A stretch of 64,000 nt of DNA from Narcine bancroftii (taxonomy: Eukaryota), in contig NC_091474.1 of the NCBI RefSeq assembly GCF_036971445.1, positions 209,064,001-209,128,000 of the forward strand. The letters are read 5' to 3'. Below, piece by piece: positions 13,316 through 24,555 of this stretch. A program made the position numbers and the translations under genes. How positions within the stretch are numbered: the stretch's first letter is position 1; every line of letters begins with the position of its first letter. The notes under the pieces are model-generated. The model did not search any database. It worked only from the letters and a program-made list of their open reading frames with translations, and was not told the DNA's origin.

Positions 13316-13339
13316 AATAAATCTGGATCTGTTCCAGGG

Positions 13340-13612
13340 AACTGTATAAGGGAAGGTAAATTGAAGGGAGAAGTCAGGGGTATGTTTTTTTTTACACAGA
13401 GAGTGATGGTGCTTGGAATACATTGCCAAGGATGGTGGTGGAAGCTGGTACTCAAGGGACATTTCAAAAACTCTTAGACAGGCACATAGATGTAAGAAAA
13501 ATTGAGGGCTATGAGTATGACATAGGGAAGGTCTAGATTGTTGAGTAACCTTACATAGATTGGCATGGCATTGTGGGCCAAAGGGCCCGTACTGTGCTTT
13601 AATGTTCTATGA
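13340..13612 (+). mobile_element. CR1 3' fragment
   Basis: GKLKGEVRGMFFFTQRV...; ends GGGCCCGTACTGTGCTTTAATGTTCTATG. Confidence 0.75.
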
Positions 13613-14240
13613 ACTTAGAATGCTGAACTTCAGGCATGGGAATTTCTGCCTGAAGGTAGCAGCGAGAAGAGGAGACCAGGGTGATGAGGGTCCTTTACGA
13701 TGTTGGCTGACCTTTGGAAGCAGTGTCTCACAAAGTTTCATTCACTGTATGGAAGGACAGTGCCCACTTTCTGCCACCTTCTGTGTTCCTGAGCACTTGG
13801 GTTACCAAGCCAGGTCGCGATGCAACCAGTCGATATACTTTTCACAGTAACACCTGTAGAAGTTCAATAGAGTATTTGAGAAATCTCCTGAGAATTCTTA
13901 GAAAATAGAGGTGTTGGGGGGCTGTGTTCATGTTTTGCTTTGATGTACTGGCTCCAGGCTGTGGAATCCCTGGATCCCAAAGGAACTGGAAAGCTGCCTG
14001 CTTCAACCGTTGTGGTCTGTCTGGTGAAGGTATTCTCACAATGCTATTGGTTTGTTCACTGCCATATGTATGTGGCCTGTACTGAATTAATCTCTCTTTT
14101 AATGTATATATACTTCCTGTCTAGCGACCTGTGTGACTTAAGTCCATCTGCACATACCACTGAAAATTTGTTAAAAAATTATAAAGAAAAAATATAATTT
14201 TTTTTGCGGTTTATGATGTATTTGACAATCTATAACAGGG

Positions 14241-14563
14241 ATACAGGGCATGTAAGAGCCAAAATGTGCACACTTACCTTGTTAATCGGTGTCCCAGGGT
14301 CCATAGGCTGGGCATGGCCTTCTTGATTCCTGTGTGCATGTATGAGTTTTCGGTTGGCGCATTCATGAGTTAAGGGCACAAAACTCTCACAGATGCACCA
14401 ATCAAAGACTCACGCACGTGTCAAGGAATCAAGATGGCCGCACTCAGCCTGCAGACCCCTGGGTGCTGACTAACAAGGTAAGTACGCAATTCCAACATAC
14501 ATCCATTGCGAGATATGACTGATCCTTCAGTCCAAATTACGGTCATAAGTCGGGGAGTACCTG
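14241..14563. mobile_element. Tigger-like non-autonomous DNA transposon with internal ~100-bp-arm inverted repeat
   Basis: Right end GTCATAAGTCGGGGAGTACCTG-TA. Arms 14272-14371 and ~14382-14483 are diverged reverse complements. The left TIR was not recognised. Confidence 0.55.
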
Positions 14564-16161
14564 TAGTAATAGGAACTGTGCAGTGGTTATTCCTACCATG
14601 GATAGTACTGCTATTAAAGCTGATATTTGGATGGTTGCAATTCCCACTGATCACTATGGCTGTTGCACTTCTCCATAATGTACATGAAAATTTGTTCCTC
14701 AATGTTCTTCTCAGTTGTTACTGGCCGATTAACATAGCCCTACAATGTAATTGAGTCTCAGTTTTTTTTAATTGTTTTGTCCTTGATCAGTTCAGGACAT
14801 CCTCTAATTTCCAACAAAGCAATAATCTCTTTACACAAAACTGCCACTTCCCTTTCTTCTCTTCCCTATCTTTCCTGAACACTTTGCATTCAGGAGTATT
14901 TAATACTTCACTTTTCTTAGCCAAGCCTCTATTATTCCTGTGACATCGTAATCCCTTATGGTCCATTTCTGTTTTATTCTTGTTGTTTCTGATAGCATCT
15001 TGTAGAACCAAAAGGCTTGCTTGCCTATTATTGAATGCATGTGAATATCAGCATGTTTCCTTGAGTCACCTTTAGCCTTGACTTGAATAATGGACTTCTC
15101 TTTCTAAGAAGATTTGGTGAATAACATGTCTGTTTCATCACAGACACTGTGAAAATATTTTTTGATTCAAATCCATTTAATTGACTAAATTGCCATAAAG
15201 CAATTTCAACTCTAACTTTATCAGGTGTGTGTTCAGACCTCCGGTTTTCTAGTCTAATAACTTTGCAATTGGACTCTAATCACAGTTCAGTCACTAACAC
15301 TTCAATCTCCATTTTGTCCAACAAACCTGCAAACAAAGTTAACCAGGCTCTTCACTCTCTCATTTACTTTAGTTGGACTACCCTTCAACTTCCAAGGGGT
15401 TGCCCCACCACAGAATCCACCCCCACTTCAGCACCTTGTGAAATGTAAATTTTGCCCATTAATAAACTTACAAGTTCCAAAGGTGATTCGGTGTTTTAAA
15501 TTGTTATTCTGCACCATTTGGGTGCTCAAATGACAACACAAACAATTTCAAGAGCAGTACAGAGTCTGGATTCACTAATGAAGTGGATTACTTCTTTGAC
15601 CCCTCAAAGCTTTGCCCTAATTTGTGAGGTTTGAGTTAGGAGTGCATTTGAATATCTTCTGCTGGATGCACTACCTTTGGGTCTCCAGCTGCTTTCATCC
15701 TACCTCCATCTTCAAGAGATGCCAGACCAGGCCAGTAAAGCAGCACCTTGTATATGGCCCCTCCACACTTCTTCCCAAGTCGTACACCATCATTCATTGG
15801 TGATAAATGGGATTGTAGAATTCTCATCAAACACCATTCCCAGATGTAGTTTAAGATCCGAGATAATTCACTGCCATCTTCTCTGAGCAACTAGGGAGGA
15901 GAATCAGAAAAAGCTTTCTGTTGTTCGGCATCTGGACTACACCTGGAGAGTAGCCACTTGAATGCATTACTGAAGGGCTGACAGCAACTATATGCCTTGC
16001 CTTCTGGAGAACAGAGCCGTGCAGAGAAACTGAAATGACAAAAGAGTAGGCTTTTGTTCTGAATGTGCCTGTTGCTATTTTTTCTGATGTAGAGGAGTTA
16101 TTAGTTGTGTGAACTTCAGATTAGCCAATTCACCTTCAAGGGAGCCAAATTTTAACACAAG

Positions 16162-16165
<4 letters not shown>

Positions 16166-16225
<60 letters not shown>
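16166..16225. repeat. (GA)n microsatellite
   Basis: Direct inspection. Confidence 0.95.
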
Positions 16226-16226
<1 letters not shown>

Positions 16227-18677
16227 TGCTGGAACTCTGGAGGAACACAATGTGAAAGACCCTGAGTAGGTCAGGCCAAAGGGGTCCAGGCTCGAAACAT
16301 TGGTTACCCTTTACGATCTCGAGATGCTGTGTGACCTGCTGAGTTTCTCCAGCACTTTTGGGTATTGCAAGGCAATAAATAGTTGAAACAGTCAGAAACC
16401 CTTTAACGGGAAACAGGCTGCTGCCCTTAGAAATGACAATCTATTTTCTTCCATGGACGCTGTTTGACATGCTGAGTTCCTTCAGCATTTTGTGTTTCTT
16501 GGACTTTAACACAACTAGTTAAGGTGAAGAATCAATTTGGTAGAGCCTGAAAAAAAAATCAGTAAGCACAGCAGGGAGGAAGATCATGAAACAGCAGTGA
16601 GGATGGAAGTCTAATTTGATAGGTAGGTCTCCCACATGCTCATCACCCTGTCCAGGTTCTGTGTGAGGAAGGAATAGAGCTAAGGATCGGGATGGTAACA
16701 AGCAATTTCCTGGAATTTGGAACACCTAGCACTTTTATAAATGTAAAATCAAGCATGAAACTCATTTTGTGCACGGATCAATCGGATCCTGCCCACTTCC
16801 TGCTAGCGTCCTGCCTGGTGTGACACTGCACCAGGCATGTCGTGCCAAATTTTTCAGTGCCATAAGAACACCGAATCGGTACAGACTGCCATTCCCAGTG
16901 AAATTAAAGAAGGAGGCTGAAACCTGTGACCTTTGCTAGAGTTAATTTAAGAACGGTTTATCGCTCTCTTTTGATTAAAAAAAGACTCTGCTGACATCAG
17001 ATCACATGACCAGGCAGCTTCAGAACTCTCCGCATGCTGCTCTAATATCCTCAAGTCCACCAAATGAGTTATGTGCGGCTGCAAATGCTTTCTCCGCTAT
17101 TTAAGCTGCTGAAATGCTCTTGTTACAGGACTCTCCGGGTGTCACTGGACTCATTGCAATGGCAATGATCAGCAACTGTTTGGGAACCTTGGACAAGGAT
17201 TAAAAGGCCTGCCTGTTTGTGAAGAGCCAACTTCTCATGTTTTTTTTTGCACTACTGATAAGTAGAAGTTCTGCCTGGCTCACAGGAAAAAGAATCTTGG
17301 GGTTGTATGCGAAGAATGTGCTCTGACAATAAACTGAACTTTAAACTTTAATGAAAACTGGCTTATCATAGGCAATGCATTTGTTTCCAAGGCTGTCATC
17401 ATCGTAGCCATATCCTCGTAAATGAATTGCTGTCTCCACGAATCCATAGGATTTTTCTGAATAAACCACAACAGATCTTTGCCACCTTCTAAAAGATTAG
17501 AAGTGCTGAAGGACCTTTTTTTTGTGCTGTAATGTTCTATGGTTCTTACTGGGATCATTATTTGTCAAGAATTGATTTGACCTGCATTGATTTCAATAAA
17601 AAAGAGGAGCTATTTCACACAGTGAGGTTTATCAGCACTGCTGGATTCACAAGAGTGCAGGTAGATAGAGACTGAACTGATGTGCCTGTCGGACTTTCCT
17701 TTAATAGGCAGGAAAGGCTTCCCCAGATTTTCCTCACTGTCAGCGCCATACTTCCTCTTAGAGTCCATGTGAGAAAATGAACTGCAAGATATTTGCACTG
17801 GTCAGAGGAATGGTTCCTGGGAGACCAGGTCACCTGCTACCTTTCTGGTTTCTCACACCATGTTGTTCTGCCTCTATAGGGAGAGAACGCTACTACGACA
17901 TGAATCACACATCGGTGTGAATCAGTGCACCTTTATCAGTACTTTATTGGAGTCACTAGTTATGTGGGAAGCCAGTCCTGCTGATAAATCTCACAACACT
18001 GGAATCCTTGCTCTCTTAATCCTGACATCCTAGTGCCTGCACCAGTCTGGATGTGCCCGCAACAGCATCTACAGTGACTTCATAATTGAACATGCAATCT
18101 GGCCATCTAGAGGTCGCAAGGAGCAGAAGAAAATGAAGAGTGTAGTTCTTTTCCTGAGAACCTGCAGGGATAACAGGTTCAGAGTTGGGGGGGGGGGGGG
18201 GGGAAGGGGGGGGGTTGGCGCACAGTGTGGCTGACCCTATTGAAAACCAATAACCTCATCTTCCAGCAGAGTGGAGAGGAAAGATGGTGATTACAAAGGC
18301 ATTTGGGGTGTACCTTGCAATGAGCTGTGTGGTCAATTATTCAGGCAAAGTGGCCTTGTCCTTGGTGCAGTCAAAAAAAACATGATTGCCCAACCTCTAG
18401 AAGCCCTTGTGATACGTTATAATTTCTCAAGTCCACGTCTGCAGGTCAATATATACATTCCAGGTACAAACAAAAATCTCTTAAGTACTGAACTGTAGAA
18501 TCTCTGTTTCTTGCTGAACAGTACTCAGTGAAAGGAAAACTGCCCCTCTACCATCAACTTTACTAAGATAAATTCCTCCTTTCAGGTCAGAATTCTGTTC
18601 CAAATTTTCACCTCTTGGACATCAATGTTTTCCAGTATCCACTGCAGCCAAAACAGCTAAGAATAATTGAAAGACTG

Positions 18678-18908
18678 TGTAGAGCACGTCGAAAGAATCA
18701 AAGACTTGTTGATCCAAACCAAGGCTTTTATTAACTAGAAGACTGGAGCGCATCACATGTAGGTCGACCAGTCCAGAATGATCTGGTCTGGCAAGGAGTA
18801 ATCCTTTAAGACCTGCCAGTAGGCGTGGCTACACTCTCAACCAATCACAATCATGCTATATTACAATCTATGCATATACACATTGGTGATAGAATCTGTA
18901 CTATCACA
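18678..18908 (-). repeat. 3' LTR (231 bp)
   Basis: TGTAGAGCACGTC...CTATCACA; direct repeat of 23309-23534. Confidence 0.97.
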
Positions 18909-18922
18909 TTCACCCCTTCTTT
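18909..18922 (-). other. Polypurine tract of the Gypsy element
   Basis: Minus strand reads AAAGAAGGGGTGAA immediately before the 3' LTR. Confidence 0.85.
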
Positions 18923-19229
18923 GAGAACTGACCCCGGGGTGGATGGAGGGCTGTTAAAAAAAAGAAAGAAAGGGCTGTAAGAAAGAAGGAGAAATAGAAA
19001 GAAAGGCTAGGGGCTGTACCGGTCAGGGGGCCTGACCATCTGGCGTGACCGCCGTGGTGCTGGGATGGGGTCGCTGGAGTCATGTCGCCGTCAGGCTCGT
19101 CGGGTGCGGCCACTGCTTCACTCAATTCCCCAACAGCGTTGTCGACAGTCTGGCCTCAGTTGGTGGGGTGATGCTGGTCCCTCTGTTCGAGCACATGACC
19201 TGGGGGAGAAGGATTTGGGGGAGGTTGGG

Positions 19230-20110
19230 TTGGAAGCACTGCTGGGCCTGATCCGGCTTGGGCTAGGTCCCTTACCGAGACTGTGTTCTCCCACCCGTCC
19301 GGGTACTCAGTGTAGGCATAATGCGGGTTCACATGGAGCAGAGTCACTCGGTCAACCAAGGGGTCATTCTTTGAGTACCAGACGTGGCATCGCAGGTGGA
19401 CCGGCCCGGGAACCATGAGCCATGCCGGTATGGTTGTTCCCAATTTGCATTTCCTCGGGAAAGAGAACATTCTTTCATTGGGGTGGCATTGGTCGCGGTG
19501 CATAGGAGGGAGCGGATGGAGTGTAGTGCACAAGTGAGCATATCCTGCCAGTGAGAGGTGGGAAGACCTTTGGACTGGAGAGCAAGCATAACCACGTTCC
19601 AGATGGTGGCATTCTTTCGACATGCCCATTACCGCGTGGGTTATAGCTGGTGGTCCTGTTTGAAGTAATACCACGCTCCAGAAGGTACTGCCGCAGCTCC
19701 GCGCTCATAAACGAGGACCCCCTGTCACTGTGGAAGTAACTGGGGTAACCGAAGATGGCGAAGATGCTGTGCAGGGCCTCTATGACTGAGGAGGCAGTCA
19801 TGTCCGAGCAGGGCACAGCGAAAGGGAAGCGGGAGTACTCATTGATGACCGTAAGGATGTAGGTATTATGGTTGGTTGACAGTAAGGGTCCCTTGAAGTC
19901 CACGCTAAGACGCTCAAAGGGGCGGGTAGCTTTGATGATGTGGGTGTTCTCTAGATGAAAGAAGTGGGGATTGCACTCAGCGCACACCGGGCAGGCTCGG
20001 GTCATGGAGTGAATCTCCTCGACCGTGTAGGACAGGTTGCGAGCTTTGACAAAGTGTGCAAACCTAGTGACCCCTGGATGACAGAGTTCCTCGTGGAGTC
20101 TCTGCAGCCT
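19230..20110 (-). pseudogene. Gypsy integrase (HHCC zinc finger + DDE core + C-terminal domain), frameshifted
   Basis: HEELCHPG...CPVCAEC; RPFERLSVDFKGPL; HSDRGSSF; YNPRGNGHVER; downstream KNDPLVDRVTLLHVNPHYAY...TVSVRDLA in another frame. Confidence 0.93.
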
Positions 20111-20139
20111 GTGCAGTTGTATGTTAGCGCAAGTCCCCC

Positions 20140-20500
20140 TGGAGAGCGCATCTGGCGGGTCGTTGAGTTTACCAGGCTGATACAGTATGTCATAATTAAA
20201 GGTGGAGAAGTTCGATTCTCCACCTGGTGATTTTGTCATTCTAGATCTTACCTCGCTGGGTATTGCTAAACATGAAGGAGACCGCACGTTGGTCAGTCAG
20301 CAGTGTAAAGTGCCTGCCAGTGAGGTAGTGTCTCCAATGACGTACTGCTTCGACTATGGCCTGGGCCTCCTTCTCGACAGAGGAGTATCGGCTCTCAGGA
20401 CCCTGGAGGGTTCTGGAGAAGAAGGCTACCGGCCGACCGGCCTGGTTCAAAGTGGCTGCCAGTGCAAAGTCGGACGCATCGCTCTCAACTTGGAACGGGA
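20140..20500 (-). pseudogene. Gypsy RNase H domain
   Basis: ESDASDFALAATLNQAGRPVAFFSRTL...YSSVEKEAQAIVEAVRHWRHYL.GRHFTLLTDQ...YQPGKLNDPPDALSR. Confidence 0.92.
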
Positions 20501-20559
20501 TGGACTCGTCGATGGCGTGCAGCGTTGCAGCAGTGATGTCCGATTTGATGCGTTCGAAG

Positions 20560-21350
20560 GCCGCTCTGGCTTCGGTTGACAGGGGGAAGAAGGTGGTCTT
20601 GATGAGTGGCCGTGCCTTGTCAGCATAGTGTGGAACCCATTGGGCATAGTAAGAGAAAAAACCCAGGCAGCATTTGAGTGCCTTCTGGGTGTGTGGGGGG
20701 TGTGGGGGGGAGGGTGCAAGTCCATGAGGGGATGCATGCGGTCAGGGCCTGGCATTAACACCCCGTTCTCCACCACGCAACTTAGAATTGCGAGCCAAGT
20801 GGTCCGGAAGACACACTTGTCAAAATTGTAGGTCAAGTTCAGCTGAATTGCAGTGTGAAAAAAATTCTCGAGGTTGGCATCATGATCCTCCGTGTCATGG
20901 CCACAGATGGTGACATTGTCCAGATACGGGAAAGTAGCTGTTAGCCTGTTCTGGTCCACCATCCGGTCCATTTCCCGCTGGAAGACTGCGATGCCATTTG
21001 TGATCCCAAAGGGTATCCTGTGTAATTGATACAGCTGCCCATTTGCTTCGAAGGCTGTGAGATGTCGGTCTTCTCGGCGGATCGGGAGCTGGTGATAGGC
21101 CGAATGTAAGTCAATGGTGGAGAACACACGGTATTGGTGGATCTGATTCACCACATCCGTGATCCGTGGAGGGGGTATGCATCCCGAAGCGTGAAGCAGT
21201 TGATTGTCTGGCTGTAGTCAACCACCATCCTCGGCTTCTCCCCGTTTTTAACAACCACCACCTGGGCCCTCCAGGGACTCAAGCTAGGTTCGATAATGCC
21301 CTCGTCCAGCAGTCTACGCACCTCGCTTGTGATGAATTTCCTGTCTTCTT
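20560..21350 (-). pseudogene. Gypsy reverse transcriptase, frameshifted
   Basis: FSTIDLHSAYHQLPI...TAFEA...RIPFGITNG..VFQREMD...FPYLDNVTICG...NFDKCVF. Confidence 0.95.
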
Positions 21351-21539
21351 AACTATATTGCTGGCTTTTGATGGCCACAGGGTTCCAGCCAGGGTGAGGT
21401 TTGCAAAGAGCGTTGGCGGAGCAACCCGGAGGGTGGAGAGGTTACAGGTGAGGTGTGTGGACGGGTGGCTCGGGCTACCGTGGCAGGAGGCTTCCGGGGT
21501 GGAGCAGTTACAGACAGAGAGTGGAGAGTGAGGCACCCC

Positions 21540-21870
21540 CAAGTGCAGGGAAATGGTTTGGAACTGGCACTGAAAATTCAGTCCCAGCAATAAAGGGGTG
21601 CACAGTTGGGGAAGGACTAATAGTTTGAAGTCTATGAACGTGATACCCTGGATTTTGAGGGTCACCACACAATACCCCTTTACCCCAGTCGAGTGTGATC
21701 TGGTCGCCAATGAAATCCTCTGGGCAGTGGGGAGAATAGCCAGTCCACAATGGTGGGCCAGGTCTGCGCGGATAAAACTGTGTCAGATAAGCAATTGGTA
21801 CGATGTCCATGCACTTTAATCAGTTCCATTGCTTTTGTGAGGGGATGGGGGCAGTCCTGGTCTAGGGTTA
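21540..21870 (-). pseudogene. Gypsy aspartic protease, disrupted
   Basis: IKVHGHRTNCLSDT (degenerate D-T/S-G site) and ...FKLLVLPQLCTPLLLGLNFQ (the LG.DF motif). Confidence 0.8.
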
Positions 21871-22499
21871 CTGATGTAGTGACTTGTAATGGGGGCAGTG
21901 AAGTCTTACGTGATGACGTCACGCAACGTGTGCGTGGTGATGTCACACAAACAGTTGGGCCGGTGCAGTCAGCGTCGAGGAGTTGGTGCTGCTGCCTGCA
22001 GCCTGCTGGGGGAGCCGGCCAGCTAACGGCAAGTGCTGAGGGTCGCTGCTTGCTGTCGGCGGTGGGGCAGTCAGTCGGGTGGTTGTCAGCGGTCACGATA
22101 GTGGGTACCAGGTTGGCAGTGTCGGTCGTGGTGGTGTGTCCCTGGTCGGCAGTGTCGGTAGCGGCATTGGGTACTGGGTCTGTAGCGTCGGTCGCGACAG
22201 CGGGTACCTGGTTGGCTGCCTCGGTGGTGGCGAGTTCTCGGTCAGCAGCGTCGGTATCGGCGATGGGTGTGACCTGTCCTTGGTCGGCTGCAGCGGTGGG
22301 TCCCTGGTTGGCATGTCAGTAGTGGTGGCGGCGGGCTCAGCGGTGATGGCGGTGGGCTCAGCGGTGATGGCGGCAGTGGCAGCGGCTGTTGAAGTCAGAG
22401 CTGGGGCCTGGTCGGACATTGCTTCTTGAGGGCGGGTGAAGCAGGCCAACGTCATTGCGGCGAGGGTGGGTTGTACCTTCCGTGCTTGGCACCTGCCCC

Positions 22500-23280
22500 G
22501 GGATGTCAGACGCTGCCGCGTGGTGGAGCCCTCGCTCTCATTGGATGAGAGCTCTGAGTAAGAAATGTTTGAATGGGAGGTTGGCGGTTGGGCTTCACAC
22601 GAGGCACTGTGTTTGACAGACTACAGCAAAGTGGCCGTTTTTAAGGCACTTCTGGCACCTGGCTTTTCTCGCCAGGCACTGGGACCTGCTGTGCTTGTCC
22701 CTCCTGCAGAAATAACCCTTTGGGGTCGCATCAGGCAGCGAAGCGGCAACTGACAGGCCGTCGGTGTGCTGGAGGTAGTAGGGTTGAGGGAGGGCATCCT
22801 ACTCACATCAGAGCATGGGGTCCAGTCCTGAGAGTACACGTCCATACTTAAGACCGCGTCCTCCATTGTCTCTGCGATCCGGATCACGTCTTCTAGGTTT
22901 TCTTCCCCGTGCTCTAGCAGATGCTGCCTATTCTCATTCGATCGGACCCCAGCCAAGTAGGCATCCCGAATGAGATCGTCTGTGGTCTCCGCATCAGTTC
23001 TGTCTGTGCAGGCACAGTCCCTGCCCATTGCCTTTAGTGCTTGAATATAAGCTCTATAGGACTCACCGGGCTGTTGCCTTCTTGTCGTTAGTTTGTACCG
23101 AGCGTAGACCTCTTGGGGACACCATAGTCATCAATATTAGTAGTCGATGGCTGTCCTCTATCACGGCAGTGTCAGAGAGTTGTATGTTTTGAAGCACCTC
23201 ACCCAGTGCTTAAAGTCATTCGAGGCTGTAGCCGACTGTGGGTCGATGTTGAGGCGTTCCAGCCGTAGTGTACGCTCCAA
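22500..23280 (-). pseudogene. Gypsy gag, disrupted
   Basis: Begins (TTG)ERTLRLERLNIDPQSATASNDFKHW. Continues RYKLTTRRQQPGESYRAYIQALKAMGRDCAC...DLIRDAYLAGVRSNENRQHLLE, with a decayed zinc-knuckle region near 22620-22720. Confidence 0.8.
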
Positions 23281-23308
23281 CCCTTTAAAACTTTCTAGTT
23301 AATAAAAT

Positions 23309-23534
23309 TGTAGAGCACGTCGAAAGAATCAAAGGCTTGTTGATCCAAACCAAGGCTTTTATTAACTAGAAGACTGGAGCGTATCACATGTAGGTCGACT
23401 AGTCCAGAATGATCTGGTCTGGCAAGGAGCAACCCTTTAAGACTTGCCAGTAGGTGTGGCTACGCTCTCAGCCAATCACAATCACCCTACACTACAATTT
23501 ATGCATATACACATTGGTGATAGAATCTATCACA
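23309..23534 (-). repeat. 5' LTR (226 bp)
   Basis: By hand count it differs from the 3' LTR by ~14 substitutions and one 5-bp indel. Confidence 0.97.
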
Positions 23535-23719
23535 GACTGAAACTCATTTGGTAGAGAGGATAATGTTTTCAGGCACTCAATTTCACTGGCATTCACTGAT
23601 TGAAAAGTCCCTTTTGAAGCCCCAGTTGAGGTTATTTTTAAGCCATTCATCAATTTGAGTGTTTCAATCGATTCAGTGGGTGTAGAAGCATAGGTTCACT
23701 CAATTCTCAACAGTTCAAC

Positions 23720-24555
23720 CTGTGCAAATGATACAAAGGTAGGTGAGGAGCAGGTAGTGCAGAAGAAACAAGGAGGCTGCAGAAGGACTTGGACAGATTA
23801 GGAGAACGGGCAGGGAAGTGGCAATGAAATATAATGTTGTAAAGTATACTCTCATGCACTTTGGTAGAAAAAAATGAACGGGCAGACTTTTTTTAATGGG
23901 GAGTCTTGTGCTGGATAGCCGGAAGGTAAACTTGTGTGTTCAGATGGTGGCAAGAAAGACAAATGCAATGCTGGCATTCATTTGAAGAGGAATAGATGTT
24001 GAGGCTTTATAAGGCACTGGTGAGATTTCAGTTGGAGTATTGTGATCAGTTTATTTGTCCTCATTCAAGAAAAGATATGCTGAAGTTGGAGAGGGCTCAA
24101 AAGAAGTTCACTCAGAGAATTGCAGGAATGAAAGGGTTATCATATGAGGAATGTTGGACAGCTCTTGGCCTGTATTTATTGGAATGTAGGAGAATGAGGG
24201 GGGATCTCACTGAAATATTTTGAATGTTGAAAGGTTTAGACGGTGTAGATGTACAAAGGTTGCTTTTTCTGGTGGGAGAGTTTAAGACAAGAGGGAACAA
24301 ATTTAGGATTGAAGGGCATCTTCTAAAAACAGAAATGTTTAGGAATTTCTTCAGCCAGAGGGTGGTAAATCTGTGGAATTTGTTGCCACAGGCAGTTGTG
24401 GAGGCCAGGTCATTGGGTGTATTTAAGAAAGAAGTTTTTGATTAGTCAAGGCATCAAATGTTTATGGGGAGAAGGTCAGGCATTGGGGCTGAGTGAGAAA
24501 ATGATCAGCTCATGATTAAATAGTGGGGTAGACTCATTGGGCTGATTAGCCCATA
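23720..24555 (+). mobile_element. CR1 LINE 3' fragment
   Basis: MLRLYKALVR.QLEYC.QF..P..RKD...LERAQKKFT..I.GMKGLSYEE; RNFFSQRVVNLWNLLP. Confidence 0.9.

Larger units (their letters stand above)
18678..23534 (-). mobile_element. Full-length, decayed Ty3/Gypsy LTR retrotransposon (gag-PR-RT-RH-IN, no env)
   Basis: Two TG...CA LTRs, a 5-bp TSD GACTG (18673-18677 and 23535-23539), a PPT, and Gypsy domain order in frameshifted minus-strand ORFs. Confidence 0.97.

Noticed and set aside
18186-18214. Poly(G) runs (also ~59915-59930) as functional G-quadruplexes
   Set aside because: They are simple homopolymers with unreliable length and no supporting context.
21750-22429. Long plus-strand ORFs (190 and 116 aa) as an antisense gene in the Gypsy element
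   Set aside because: They are explained by the stop-poor GC-rich repeat linker.
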